Below, piece by piece: positions 1 to 8,880 of a stretch of 64,000 nt of DNA. Each line of letters starts with the position of its first letter. Positions within the stretch are counted from its first letter, which is position 1. Source of the stretch: Gemmatimonadales bacterium (GTDB lineage Bacteria > Gemmatimonadota > Gemmatimonadetes > Gemmatimonadales > GWC2-71-9); NCBI GenBank assembly GCA_037189525.1, contig JBBCJC010000005.1:480001-544000 (forward strand). The letters are read 5' to 3'. A program made the position numbers and the translations under genes. The notes beneath the pieces were generated by a model that was not told where the DNA came from, ran no database searches, and was given only the letters and a program-made list of their open reading frames with translations.

Positions 1-792
1 GACGATCCCCGAGACCCGCACCACGCGCCCAGGTATCAGGCTGTCGGGCATGGCGTCGATCCGGACGGCCACCGAGTCGCGCGGCTGGAGACGAAGCGCC
101 GCATTTTCCGGAACGAATCCGGTAACCCACAGTTGCCGGACATCCCCCAAAGACGCGAGCGGCGACCCAATCAACACCGCATCGCCCGGACGCACTTTGA
201 CCTCGAACACGGTCCCGGCGCGGGGCGCCCGCACCATGACCTCCCCGGTGGGCGACGGCGAGAGATGGCGCATGATCTCTTCGCTGCGCACCTGCTCGGC
301 CTGCGCCGCCTCGAACTGAGCCCGGCGCCGTTCGACTTCCTCCCTCGAGACCGCCTCCGCCTCCAGCAGTTTACGGGAGCGCTCGTACGCCGCCTGCGCC
401 ACGGTCAGCTCGGCCTGCGCAGTGACCACATCGCGGTGCGCCACGGCCATTTCGTGCGAGTGAATGTGGAATAGCGGGGTTCCGGCCTCGACCCGGTCAC
501 CGGGCAGCACCAGCACCTCCTCGATGCGGCCTTCGACGATCGAACCCACATGCGAGGTGCGCGTATCGGGCGTCATCACCGTACCAGGCACCGCCAGCGG
601 AATCGTCACCCGGCGCATCACGGTCGTGTCGATCTCGATCCGCGCCGCTTCGAACTGCGCCGCCGTCAGCTCCACCACGCCACGCGGAAGCGCAGCAGGC
701 GCTTCGTCCGCCGCTTTGCCGGCACACGCCACCGAACCGACGACCAGCGCGGCAAGCGGCAGGCGCACCATCATCATCCGACTCATCGTCAT
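1..792 (-). CDS. Efflux RND transporter periplasmic adaptor (MFP, CzcB/CusB-like), 3' end outside the window
   Basis: Hand translation from ATG at 792 (overlaps the tolC stop as TGATG): MTMSRMMMVRLPLAALVVGSVAC...GRIEEVLVLPGDRVEAGTPL...VRAPRAGTVFEVKVRPGDAV. Lipoyl-like halves flank a coiled hairpin. Not in the ORF track. Confidence 0.85.
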   Translation of the reverse strand, partial: MTMSRMMMVRLPLAALVVGSVACAGKAADEAPAALPRGVVELTAAQFEAARIEIDTTVMRRVTIPLAVPGTVMTPDTRTSHVGSIVEGRIEEVLVLPGDRVEAGTPLFHIHSHEMAVAHRDVVTAQAELTVAQAAYERSRKLLEAEAVSREEVERRRAQFEAAQAEQVRSEEIMRHLSPSPTGEVMVRAPRAGTVFEVKVRPGDAVLIGSPLASLGDVRQLWVTGFVPENAALRLQPRDSVAVRIDAMPDSLIPGRVVRVSGIV

Positions 793-2018
793 CACTCCGA
801 AGGATCGTCGCAGAGCACGGCAGCCTCGACCGGTGCTCCTCGTGCCCGAGCCAGCGCCGCGCGAGCCATCCGCCGCTCGGCACGCCAGCTCTCGTAGTCA
901 TCCAGTGCCGAGAGCCTGGCTCGGCGCGCATCCAGTAGCTCGGCGAGGGTGGCCTCGCCGGCGTCGTATCGAGCCTCCGCCGCGGCAACGGCCCGCGACA
1001 GATCGCGCCGCCACTCGGCGTCGAACCGGCTTCGCGATGCGTCCAGGACCGCAACTGCTTGCTCCGCATGGTAGCGTTCCGCCGCCAACCGGGTCACCAC
1101 GGCCTGGTGTTCCGCTTCCCGCGCGTCGGCTTCGGCGCGCGCCGCCGCGGCGGCCGCCCGCCCCCGAGACAACACCGGGAGATCGAACGACAGCCCGACG
1201 ATCACACCCGAGTACCCCCCGGTACGACGAAAACCGACCTGCGGCGTCAGGTCCGGAACGCCCAGCCCGCGCTGCCGATCGGCCTCGGCGCGCGCGGACG
1301 CCACCTGCGCAGCAGCGACCGCCTCCCGGGCGTGTGGTTGTTCCGAGCCGGCTCCCGGTTCGCACGCCCCGGCCGCCACCGTGAACGGAGTACCGGGCGC
1401 CAGCCCGAGCAGGCGCGCCAGCGTCGCCTCCGATCCGACCAACGCTGCTTCGAGTCGGGCCGCCCGCGCCGCCGCCGTCGCCGCCTCCAGTCGGGCTCGC
1501 GCGGCATCGCCCCCGGCCGTGCGCCCCTCCTCGGCACGACGCACCATCGCGGTGGCAAACCGGTCCAGGGCTGCCCCTTCCGACCGAGCGGCTTCGAGCG
1601 CGGATCGATCACGTTCCACCAGCGCGATGCTTTCGACCACCGCGTAGGCCGCTTCCTGCTCGGCAAGCGTCAGCCCCGCGGACGCACCCGCCGCCTGCGC
1701 CCGCGCGACTCGGATGGCCGCGCCGTGATCGCCTCCCAGGGGTATCCAACTCGACAGGGTGATCTGACCCTCGACGCCCGCCAGTCCATCCCGGCCAGTG
1801 ACTTCGCGCTGTGCGCCCAGATTCTCGGCCACAGCGTTCACGCTCGGATTGCGCCATGCCCGCGCTGCCGCAACACCATAGCGCGCCGCCTGGGCTCGGG
1901 ATGAGGCAGCCGCCACGCTTGGCGCATGCCGGCGCGCCAACTCGAGCGCATCGGCCGCCTGCAAGCGGACCGTATCCACGGGACTGGCGGCAATCGCCAA
2001 GGCAAACATGAGCAACAC
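792..2018 (-). CDS. TolC family outer membrane efflux protein
   Basis: Ala-rich helical repeats, PDLTPQVG...GLSFDLPV, C-terminal YDAGEATLAELLDARR. GTG start at 2018 follows GGAGG. Coupled to the MFP gene. Confidence 0.85.
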   Translation of the reverse strand: MLLMFALAIAASPVDTVRLQAADALELARRHAPSVAAASSRAQAARYGVAAARAWRNPSVNAVAENLGAQREVTGRDGLAGVEGQITLSSWIPLGGDHGAAIRVARAQAAGASAGLTLAEQEAAYAVVESIALVERDRSALEAARSEGAALDRFATAMVRRAEEGRTAGGDAARARLEAATAAARAARLEAALVGSEATLARLLGLAPGTPFTVAAGACEPGAGSEQPHAREAVAAAQVASARAEADRQRGLGVPDLTPQVGFRRTGGYSGVIVGLSFDLPVLSRGRAAAAAARAEADAREAEHQAVVTRLAAERYHAEQAVAVLDASRSRFDAEWRRDLSRAVAAAEARYDAGEATLAELLDARRARLSALDDYESWRAERRMARAALARARGAPVEAAVLCDDPSE

Positions 2019-2062
2019 CGAACGGCCTCCGAAATGCGGCGCGGGAAGGGTAACGCTCCAAC

Positions 2063-2078
2063 ATGAACTCCCGATGAA
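2063..2078 (-). promoter_or_regulatory. Candidate OmpR-family operator, TTCAT-N6-TTCAT direct repeat
   Basis: Direct repeat with 11-bp period, 10 nt upstream of a TACCCT -10-like hexamer facing tolC, between tolC and the divergent response regulator. Confidence 0.45.
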
Positions 2079-2134
2079 TCCGGGCAGCACCGGGTGCCGT
2101 CATTAGGTTTCCGGGATTCCCTGCCCGGAACGCC

Positions 2135-2815
2135 ATGCGCCTGCTCGTCGTCGAAGACGAACCTCAGTTGCTCGATTCCCTGCTCCGCGGACTCCGGTCG
2201 GCCGGGCACGCCGTCGACGGCGCCTCGACGATTGGACTGGCCGCGGACAAGCTGGGCCGAGACCCCTATGACGGGGTGGTGCTGGACCTCAACCTGCCCG
2301 ACGGATCGGGGCTCGATCTGGCGCGGCGTCTTCGCGACGGGGGCGCTCAACTCGTCATCCTCGCGCTCACCGCGTACGACAGCATTGCCGACCGGGTCGC
2401 CGGTCTCGACGCCGGCGCCGACGACTACCTGGTCAAGCCGTTTGCGCTCGACGAATTGCTGGCACGCCTCCGCGCGCTGGAGCGCCGGCAGGCCAGCATC
2501 CGGCCCAGCACCTTCGTGGTCGACGACCTGATCATCGACCCCGCCGCACGGACCGCCACGCGCGGCGGCCAGCCGATCGAACTGACGACCACCGAATTTT
2601 CCCTGCTCGAGTTTCTGGCCAAGAACGCCGGCCAGGTGGTGGGACGCGCCACGATCAGCGCGCATGTCTGGGACGAGAACTACGACCCGCTTTCCAACAT
2701 CATCGACGTCTACATCGCGCGGCTTCGGCGCAAGCTCGATACCGGCGGCGCTCCACTGCTCCACACCATTCGCGGCGCCGGCTACGTACTGCGCACCGAG
2801 CAGGACGATGCCTAG
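2135..2815 (+). CDS. OmpR/CusR-family response regulator
   Basis: MRLLVVEDE, LDLNLPD phosphoacceptor, GADDYLVKPF, winged-helix end LHTIRGAGY. Confidence 0.95.
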   Translation: MRLLVVEDEPQLLDSLLRGLRSAGHAVDGASTIGLAADKLGRDPYDGVVLDLNLPDGSGLDLARRLRDGGAQLVILALTAYDSIADRVAGLDAGADDYLVKPFALDELLARLRALERRQASIRPSTFVVDDLIIDPAARTATRGGQPIELTTTEFSLLEFLAKNAGQVVGRATISAHVWDENYDPLSNIIDVYIARLRRKLDTGGAPLLHTIRGAGYVLRTEQDDA

Positions 2816-4253
2816 GTATCCGCTCGGCGGGCTCCGGGTCCGTCTGACCGTTGCGGTCGGCGCGAGTTTCAGCCTGCTCCTGGCCGTGTCGGCGCTCTTG
2901 CTGTACGCCACGCTCGAGCAGCATTGGCGGGAAGAAGTCGACCTCAATCTCAAGCATTCGAGCGAGGGCGCCTACGCGCTCTTTCTTGCCGATACCGAAG
3001 ACAACGTGACGCCGCGGGCTACCCTGATTCACGTCGCGACCGAACTGGTCTACGGCGATCGCTCGATCGTCGGGCTCGATCCCGAAGGGCAGATCATCGC
3101 CCACAGCCGCTCGATCGAAGATACGCCCGAATTTTTCGACACCGACCTGGCTGTGGTCGACACGATTCCGGTAACCCTGATGACCGTCGAAGGTCCCTCG
3201 AGAGCCGTGGCGGTGCGCCTGCCTGAAGGCTTCCGGCTGATCCTGGGTGTTTCGCTGGGGCCGGTCGAGGAACGTCTCTGGCATCTCCGGGTGACGCTGA
3301 TCGTCGGTTTTCTGCTCAGCATGCTGGCGGGAACGGCAGTGGCCTTTCTGGTCTCGGGTCGCGCGCTGACACCGGTCACCGATGTCGCGCGCACCGCCGA
3401 CCGGGTCAGTGATGCGCTCGCACGCGGCATCGTACCCGATATCGCGCTTCCGACTCCGGCAGCTCCGGACGAGGTGGGGCGTCTCCAGGAGGCGTTTGCT
3501 GCGCTGGTGCGGCGCTTAGACATCGCTTTGGGCCGGGAACGAGAAGTCGCGGCCAACCAGCGCCGCTTCTTTGCCGATGCCGCCCACGAGCTCCGTACTC
3601 CGATCACCATCCTGCGCAACGAGATCGAGACGGCGCGGCAAACGGTCGACCCGGCCGCCCCGGAACGCGTCATGCTGGATCGCCTCCAGACCGAGGCCGA
3701 GCACCTGACCAACCTGGTCAGCGATCTTCTGCTGCTGGCCCGTGGCGAGACCGCCGGCGACCTGCGCGCCGCATCGGTCCTCTATCTGGATGACATCGTG
3801 AGTCGGGTGATCCTGCGCGCTGGGCGCCATCCCGCAGCGGCCGGACGGCATCTCACGACCGGTCGCTTCGATACCAGCGCCGTCCGCGGCGACCCGTCCC
3901 TGCTCGAGCGCGCCGTGATGGCGCTGGTGGAGAATGCCCTGATTCATGCCCCGGGCAGCGACATCGAGATTACCGTCGGCGCCGAGGATGGTGCCGACCC
4001 GCGCCGATGGGTTGCGGTGACCGATGACGGCCCGACCATTCCGCCCGAAGCACGGGACAAGATCTTCGAGCGGTTCTTCCGGGTGCGTCATGACATCCCG
4101 GGAAGCGGCCTGGGCCTCGCCATCGTCCGCTGGATCGCCGAACTCCACGGCGGGACGCTGCGCCTCGACCAGCGCCAGGGCGGACGTGGCAAAGCCTTCG
4201 TCCTCGAACTCCCCGGCGCGCCGCAACCGAGGCCTGCGACGGAATCAGCCTAA
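2808..4253 (+). CDS. Sensor histidine kinase (HAMP-HisKA-HATPase)
   Basis: Two TM helices, H-box FFADAAHELRTP, N-box LVENALIH, G2 box GSGLGLAIV. ATG overlaps the regulator's end. Confidence 0.93.
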   Translation: MPRYPLGGLRVRLTVAVGASFSLLLAVSALLLYATLEQHWREEVDLNLKHSSEGAYALFLADTEDNVTPRATLIHVATELVYGDRSIVGLDPEGQIIAHSRSIEDTPEFFDTDLAVVDTIPVTLMTVEGPSRAVAVRLPEGFRLILGVSLGPVEERLWHLRVTLIVGFLLSMLAGTAVAFLVSGRALTPVTDVARTADRVSDALARGIVPDIALPTPAAPDEVGRLQEAFAALVRRLDIALGREREVAANQRRFFADAAHELRTPITILRNEIETARQTVDPAAPERVMLDRLQTEAEHLTNLVSDLLLLARGETAGDLRAASVLYLDDIVSRVILRAGRHPAAAGRHLTTGRFDTSAVRGDPSLLERAVMALVENALIHAPGSDIEITVGAEDGADPRRWVAVTDDGPTIPPEARDKIFERFFRVRHDIPGSGLGLAIVRWIAELHGGTLRLDQRQGGRGKAFVLELPGAPQPRPATESA

Positions 4254-4988
4254 CGACAGTACGTGGTCGAGGGCCTGATGCAGCTGGTCGAAATCCTCGA
4301 GCACGAAGAGCACGTCCGGCAACCGATCGACCGGCACCGGCGTCTCGAGAACCGCCGCCGGATCGAACGGCCGCCGGGTGCAAGCCGCGCCTAACGCATG
4401 CCGGCTCAGGGCTGCCGACGGAATCAGTTCGCTGCCGTACACCTTGGTGCTGGCCCCTTCCCGAATCAGGCCAAACTCCGCCGTGAACCAGAACAGCCGC
4501 GCAAGCCCCTGCTGCACCTGGGGCGTCCGAGCCGCCACCGCCGCCGCGCCATATCGTTCGAGGAACCGCGCATAACGATCCTCCACCAGCAACGGAGCAT
4601 GCCCGAGCAGGTCGGCGTAGATATCGGGCGAAGAGGGGTGCTCCACCCCCGCCGAGGGGCGGATGCCCACCGCGCTCGGCAGGCGGCGACGGCTCAGGCT
4701 CCTGGCCAGATGCGCCTCGGGAAGAAACGGGTTACTTGGCACGATCGCCCAGCCGGTGCGCGGCACCAGACGGCGATTCAGATGGCGAAAGTTCGGGATC
4801 CGAGCGGGGCCGAGATCGAGAATATCGATGCCTCGCAGGACCGGAATGGCGGCGTCGGTCAACAGCGTCGCAAAACGTCGGCAGTACAGGGCCGTCCACA
4901 CCGAATGGTCCTTGACCCCGTACGCCGAAGGACGCTGGCGTAAGGGCTGCTGGCGGTGGCCGACCGAGACTGCGCTCTGGGACGACAT
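4245..4988 (-). CDS. Phenylalanine 4-hydroxylase-like protein, divergent (first Fe-ligand His replaced by Ala)
   Basis: PDIYADLLGHAPLL and LARLFWFTAEFGLI...KVYG match PhhA motifs PDxFHDxxGHxPLL and LARLYWYTVEFGL. AAGGAG RBS. Confidence 0.8.
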   Translation of the reverse strand: MSSQSAVSVGHRQQPLRQRPSAYGVKDHSVWTALYCRRFATLLTDAAIPVLRGIDILDLGPARIPNFRHLNRRLVPRTGWAIVPSNPFLPEAHLARSLSRRRLPSAVGIRPSAGVEHPSSPDIYADLLGHAPLLVEDRYARFLERYGAAAVAARTPQVQQGLARLFWFTAEFGLIREGASTKVYGSELIPSAALSRHALGAACTRRPFDPAAVLETPVPVDRLPDVLFVLEDFDQLHQALDHVLSLG

Positions 4989-5008
4989 CGTAACGCTCCT
5001 TTTGAGTC

Positions 5009-5043
5009 AAACAAAAAGCGACCCACAGTGTTTGCGGGTCGCT
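5009..5043 (-). terminator. Intrinsic terminator in the leader of the phhA-like gene (attenuator)
   Basis: AGCGACCCGCA-aacac-TGTGGGTCGCT then TTTTGTTT, directly upstream of the RBS. Confidence 0.8.
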
Positions 5044-5071
5044 GCCAAGTCATGCTGGATCGTTGATTGAT

Positions 5072-5152
5072 CTATGAACGATGCACTCGGCCGCGGCCCC
5101 GAAAGCACTCGAAGCAGCACATAATCCGGCCGACCGTGCAAATCCGATTCAT
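5072..5152 (-). CDS. Putative Cys/Phe-rich attenuation leader peptide MNRICTVGRIMCCFECFRGRGRVHRS
   Basis: 26-aa ORF with 4 Cys and 2 Phe, lying between a TTGCGC-16-TATTAT promoter and the terminator, with alternative 1:2 and 2:3 pairings. Confidence 0.7.
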   Translation of the reverse strand: MNRICTVGRIMCCFECFRGRGRVHRS

Positions 5153-5161
5153 AGTGTCGGA

Positions 5162-5189
5162 ATAATAACGAGGCGCGTTCGCCGCGCAA
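5162..5189 (-). promoter_or_regulatory. Candidate sigma70 promoter for the leader/phhA-like transcript
   Basis: TTGCGC (5189-5184), 16-nt spacer, TATTAT (5167-5162), 9 nt before the leader ATG. Confidence 0.55.
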
Positions 5190-5244
5190 GGCTTGGCGTG
5201 TACCAGGCCTGCAACGCCCGCAAAAGTCGGTTCGAGGGGGCGAG

Positions 5245-6180
5245 TCATCTCTCGCCCAGACGCTCGACCCGGGCGACCATGATCCCGTCCTGCGCCTTGA
5301 TCGAACGGATCCGATTGGCGAGCGGCACCTCGGAGATCTCGACCACCCGCCCCACCAGTGGCGCGTGGAGCAGATGGAGCTTGCCGTTCTGCCAGAGGGC
5401 AAACCCGGTATGCGCCACGTCGAGCCCGCCGAGCGTCGAGGTGGCCGCGATGATATCGCCGTCCTGAATACCGCGGCTCGCCGCCGTGATCCGGGTTTCC
5501 GGAAGGAACCAGCGCGGGTTGGCGGCGGTCAGGGTCTGCTCGATCGTCCTGACGGCCGAGAGGTTGGCGGTATCCGCCAGCTGACGATACGCCGAGACGT
5601 GGCGCGTCATGAACGAGATGGGCTCGTCGTCGGCGACTCCGCCCAGCTTGCGGCTCAGCTGGCGGACCGTGCCCCGGCGTTCGTTGTCCGCCAGCCACTC
5701 GGAGAAGTAGTGCAGCCGGCTGGTATAGCCGTCGAGAACACCCCCGCGGTATCGGATCGCCTCGAGGTACTGTTCGTACCGCCGGCGCGCTGCCACCGGG
5801 TCCTCGAGCGCAGCAACCCCATCGTTCCGGATGAACCGGACCAGCGCCAGCACGTTCTCGATGAAGGTGACGCAATCCAGTTCGCGGAGGTTGACCACCA
5901 CGCGTTCGGGCCCCGGCACTTCGAGCGTACCCGGTATGTAGGTCGCCCCCACGAAGGTCTCGCCCAGGCGCGCGATGGCTTGGCCGAGTGGCAGGGTATC
6001 CAGACGCCGGGCGGCACCCCAGCGCACCTTGGTTTCGAGGATCTTCCAATCGGCGGCCGTCCACGCCGTGCCGGGAATGGAATCCGGACGGCTCTGCGCC
6101 ATGAGCGGAGCGGCCGTCAGCATCAGGCCCGCGAGCACGCGAGTCGTTCCGCGCCACCGGGGGTTCGTGATGGTCCTCAT
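5245..6180 (-). CDS. DUF1460 / NlpC-P60-like N-acetylmuramoyl-L-alanine amidase
   Basis: Signal peptide, ELDCVTFIENV (catalytic Cys), RLHYFSEW, GLDVAHTG, LLHA. Confidence 0.85.
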   Translation of the reverse strand: MRTITNPRWRGTTRVLAGLMLTAAPLMAQSRPDSIPGTAWTAADWKILETKVRWGAARRLDTLPLGQAIARLGETFVGATYIPGTLEVPGPERVVVNLRELDCVTFIENVLALVRFIRNDGVAALEDPVAARRRYEQYLEAIRYRGGVLDGYTSRLHYFSEWLADNERRGTVRQLSRKLGGVADDEPISFMTRHVSAYRQLADTANLSAVRTIEQTLTAANPRWFLPETRITAASRGIQDGDIIAATSTLGGLDVAHTGFALWQNGKLHLLHAPLVGRVVEISEVPLANRIRSIKAQDGIMVARVERLGER

Positions 6181-6300
6181 GCGGTGAAAGGTAACGGTAA
6201 CGCCTCCGTCCATGCCCCGCGACTGGTCCGGATCGAGAAACGATACCCCATATAGTGAAGACGTCCGGCGCGGAGGTTTGTTAAGGCTGGCAGCTACCCG

Positions 6301-6339
6301 AACGAAAGCCGGCACTCCGATCAGACGGGGTGCCGGCTC
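6301..6339 (-). terminator. Intrinsic terminator after the TPR gene
   Basis: AGCCGGCAC...GTGCCGGCT stem followed by TTCGTT on the minus strand. Confidence 0.6.
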
Positions 6340-6364
6340 GCCGCTGCGGACCTACCGACAACCG

Positions 6365-7306
6365 CTACGGGACTCTAACGTCAGCAGTATCCCGCACCAT
6401 CGGTACCATATCGACCGCCGGCTGCACGGTCTCGACCGAGTCGGTCTTGCTCATGCTGTCCCGCCACATCCCGACCTCCAGCCGGAAGAGCTCGGCCAGA
6501 AAGGTCAGATCCGCGCCGTCGGGCTCGGTGCTGTCGCCGACCAGCGCCGTTACACGCGCCAGGTTCGCAACCGCATTGGCATACCCGCTATCGGCCCGAA
6601 CCGCCGCTTCGTACGCCCGCTTGGCCGAGACGGGGTGCCCCGCCCGCTCGAGCGCGACGCCCAGGTTGTTCTGGAAGACAGGCGACGTCGATCGCAACTG
6701 AACCGCCCGCGCCAACGGTCCGAGGGCCAAACTCGGCTCTCCCTGCTCGAGAAAGAACGAGCCGTAGTTGTTGAGCGTCCAGACGTCGTTGTCATCCATT
6801 ACCAGCGCGCGGCGGTAGGTCTCGCTCGCCTGCTCCGCAAGACCTTGCTTGGCCTGCGCCCGCGCCAACAGCCGGAGTGCCTCGGTCGACGACGAGTCGA
6901 TGGTCAATGCGTAGGTGGCGCGCTCCGCCGCCTCTCCAGGACGGCCCCAATCGAGCAGGGCACGGGCGACGCCGATGTAGTGGCTCGCGACGCCGGGTTC
7001 GAGCGCAATGGCTCGGTCGAAAGCCTTGACCGCATCGCGGTAGCGACCACGCCGGGACGCCTCGAGCCCCAGGGTGCGCGCGTCGGCGGCGGTCACGACG
7101 GTCGCGATCGACGGAACTACAACGGTCCGAGGTTCGACCCGCGGAGGCAATCCGCCGGCCGGCAGCGCAACGGCAACCGGTTCCTCGGGCGGCAGCTGCG
7201 TAATCACGACCGGCTTGGATCCGGGCACGTCGCAGGCGCCCAGCACCGGCAGCAGCAACCAGGTCATCATCGAAGGGCGACGAAACGGCAGGATAAAGCG
7301 GGTCAT
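6365..7306 (-). CDS. Tetratricopeptide repeat lipoprotein
   Basis: AAGGAGG RBS, lipobox LGAC, TPR motifs (TLNNYGSFF, FQNNLGVAL, AYEAAVRAD). Confidence 0.85.
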   Translation of the reverse strand: MTRFILPFRRPSMMTWLLLPVLGACDVPGSKPVVITQLPPEEPVAVALPAGGLPPRVEPRTVVVPSIATVVTAADARTLGLEASRRGRYRDAVKAFDRAIALEPGVASHYIGVARALLDWGRPGEAAERATYALTIDSSSTEALRLLARAQAKQGLAEQASETYRRALVMDDNDVWTLNNYGSFFLEQGEPSLALGPLARAVQLRSTSPVFQNNLGVALERAGHPVSAKRAYEAAVRADSGYANAVANLARVTALVGDSTEPDGADLTFLAELFRLEVGMWRDSMSKTDSVETVQPAVDMVPMVRDTADVRVP

Positions 7307-7366
7307 ACATCCTCCTTGAGAGTGGAACCCGCGGGCGGCAATCGACCGCGAGGTCGCAACTCTCAA

Positions 7367-7384
7367 AGGCAAACCCGCGGCCGG
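7367..7384 (-). promoter_or_regulatory. sigma54 -24/-12 promoter upstream of the TPR gene
   Basis: ccGGccgcgggtttGCct: GG-N10-GC with TTTGC. Confidence 0.6.
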
Positions 7385-7469
7385 ACGATCAGCGTTCCGG
7401 CTCGCGCGGCCAAGTCATTGCGACACAACAGGTTGAGCGGACCGGCGGTACTCCCTGAACAATCCGGTT

Positions 7470-7519
7470 GTGTCCACGCGGACACGGAGCGCGGGAAGCG
7501 GGCGTGTCCCGGCGGACAC
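7470..7519. promoter_or_regulatory. Tandem palindromic enhancer sites GTGTCC-N4-GGACAC (x2)
   Basis: Perfect palindromes at 7470-7485 and 7504-7519, 34 bp apart, about 90-140 bp upstream of the sigma54 box and directly after the bEBP gene. Confidence 0.65.
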
Positions 7520-7530
7520 GTGGAGGAATC

Positions 7531-8880
7531 TCAGGTGGGTGAGGTAATGCCCAGACGACGCATGATCTTGAGCAGGCTGGCATGATCGGCCAGACCGAGG
7601 GCATCGGCCGTCCTGGTGATCTGCCAGTCGTGCCGTTCCAGCGCGCTCAGCACGATATCCCGCTCGGCGTCGACCTTTTGCTCCTGGTAGCTGCGGTTAG
7701 CCGCACCGTCCGGAGTCGGGCCGCTCAGCACCGGCGGCAGGTGCTCGAGGCGAATCATCTCACCCGATGCCGCCACCACGATCCGTTCGACCATGTTGCG
7801 CAACTCGCGCACGTTGTTACGGCGCCAGTCGTATCGGACCAGCCGATCCCGCACTTCGCCCGAGAGGCGTTTTGGCAGCAGGCCGAAACGCTGGCAGACA
7901 TCCTCGATGAACTGCTCGGCAAGCGGGATGACATCTTCCTTGCGGTCCCGGAGCGGCGGAACCTGCAGGGTATGCACGTTGAGGCGATAGAGCAGATCCT
8001 CGCGGAAGGTGCCGTTCCGGGTGGCGGCATCGAGATCCCGATGGGTGGCCGCAACGACTCGGATGTCGACCGCAACGGTGCGCGACGCACCCAGCGGCAT
8101 CACCTCGCGCTGCTCGAGGACGCGGAGCAGCTTGGCCTGCCCGGCCAGCGGAAGCTCGCCGACCTCATCGAGGAAGAGCGTGCCACCCGCCGCCATTTGA
8201 AAGGCGCCGCGCCGAGCGGCCACCGCACCGGTAAAGGCGCCCTTCTCGTGCCCGAACAGTTCGCTCTCCACCAAGTGCTCCGGCAGCGCCGCGCAGTTGA
8301 TCGGCACGAACGGTCCGAGCGCCCGCGGGCTCAACCGATGGATCTCACGCGCCACCAGTTCCTTACCGGTCCCGCTCTCTCCCAGGATCAGCACCGTGCT
8401 CGGCACCGGCGCGGTGCGGCCGATGGCATCGCGCAAGGTCTGCATCGCCGCGCTCCGGCCACGGAGCGACGACTCGCCGAGTTGCGCCTGCAGGGCAACA
8501 ACCTCGCGGCGCAGCCGGGCCCGTTCGATGGCGCTTGCCACCTCCTGCACCACGCGCTCCATCGGCTCCGCCTTGTCGATGAAACCGGCCGCGCCGAGCC
8601 GGACCGCCTGGATGCAGCGATCGAAATCACCGGTGCCGGTATACACGATGACCGGCGTTTCAATGCCGCGATGCGCCAGTTCGCGCAACACTTCGAAGCC
8701 ATCGATTCCGGGCATTTCGAGGTCGAGTATGACACAATCGATCTCGCTCTGCTCGAGCGCGGCAAGCGCCGCCGGGCCGTTGGTCGCGGTCTCGACCTGA
8801 TGCCCGGCCAGGCGCTGCAAGTCATACGCATACGACTCGGCCAGCGCCGGAACATCATCGACGATCAGCAGGCGACTCAT
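7531..8880 (-). CDS. sigma54-dependent response regulator (NtrC/AtoC family)
   Basis: Receiver domain (LDLEMPG), Walker A GESGTGKE, ELFGHEKGAFTGA, FLDEVGEL, C-terminal HTH. Confidence 0.95.
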   Translation of the reverse strand: MSRLLIVDDVPALAESYAYDLQRLAGHQVETATNGPAALAALEQSEIDCVILDLEMPGIDGFEVLRELAHRGIETPVIVYTGTGDFDRCIQAVRLGAAGFIDKAEPMERVVQEVASAIERARLRREVVALQAQLGESSLRGRSAAMQTLRDAIGRTAPVPSTVLILGESGTGKELVAREIHRLSPRALGPFVPINCAALPEHLVESELFGHEKGAFTGAVAARRGAFQMAAGGTLFLDEVGELPLAGQAKLLRVLEQREVMPLGASRTVAVDIRVVAATHRDLDAATRNGTFREDLLYRLNVHTLQVPPLRDRKEDVIPLAEQFIEDVCQRFGLLPKRLSGEVRDRLVRYDWRRNNVRELRNMVERIVVAASGEMIRLEHLPPVLSGPTPDGAANRSYQEQKVDAERDIVLSALERHDWQITRTADALGLADHASLLKIMRRLGITSPT

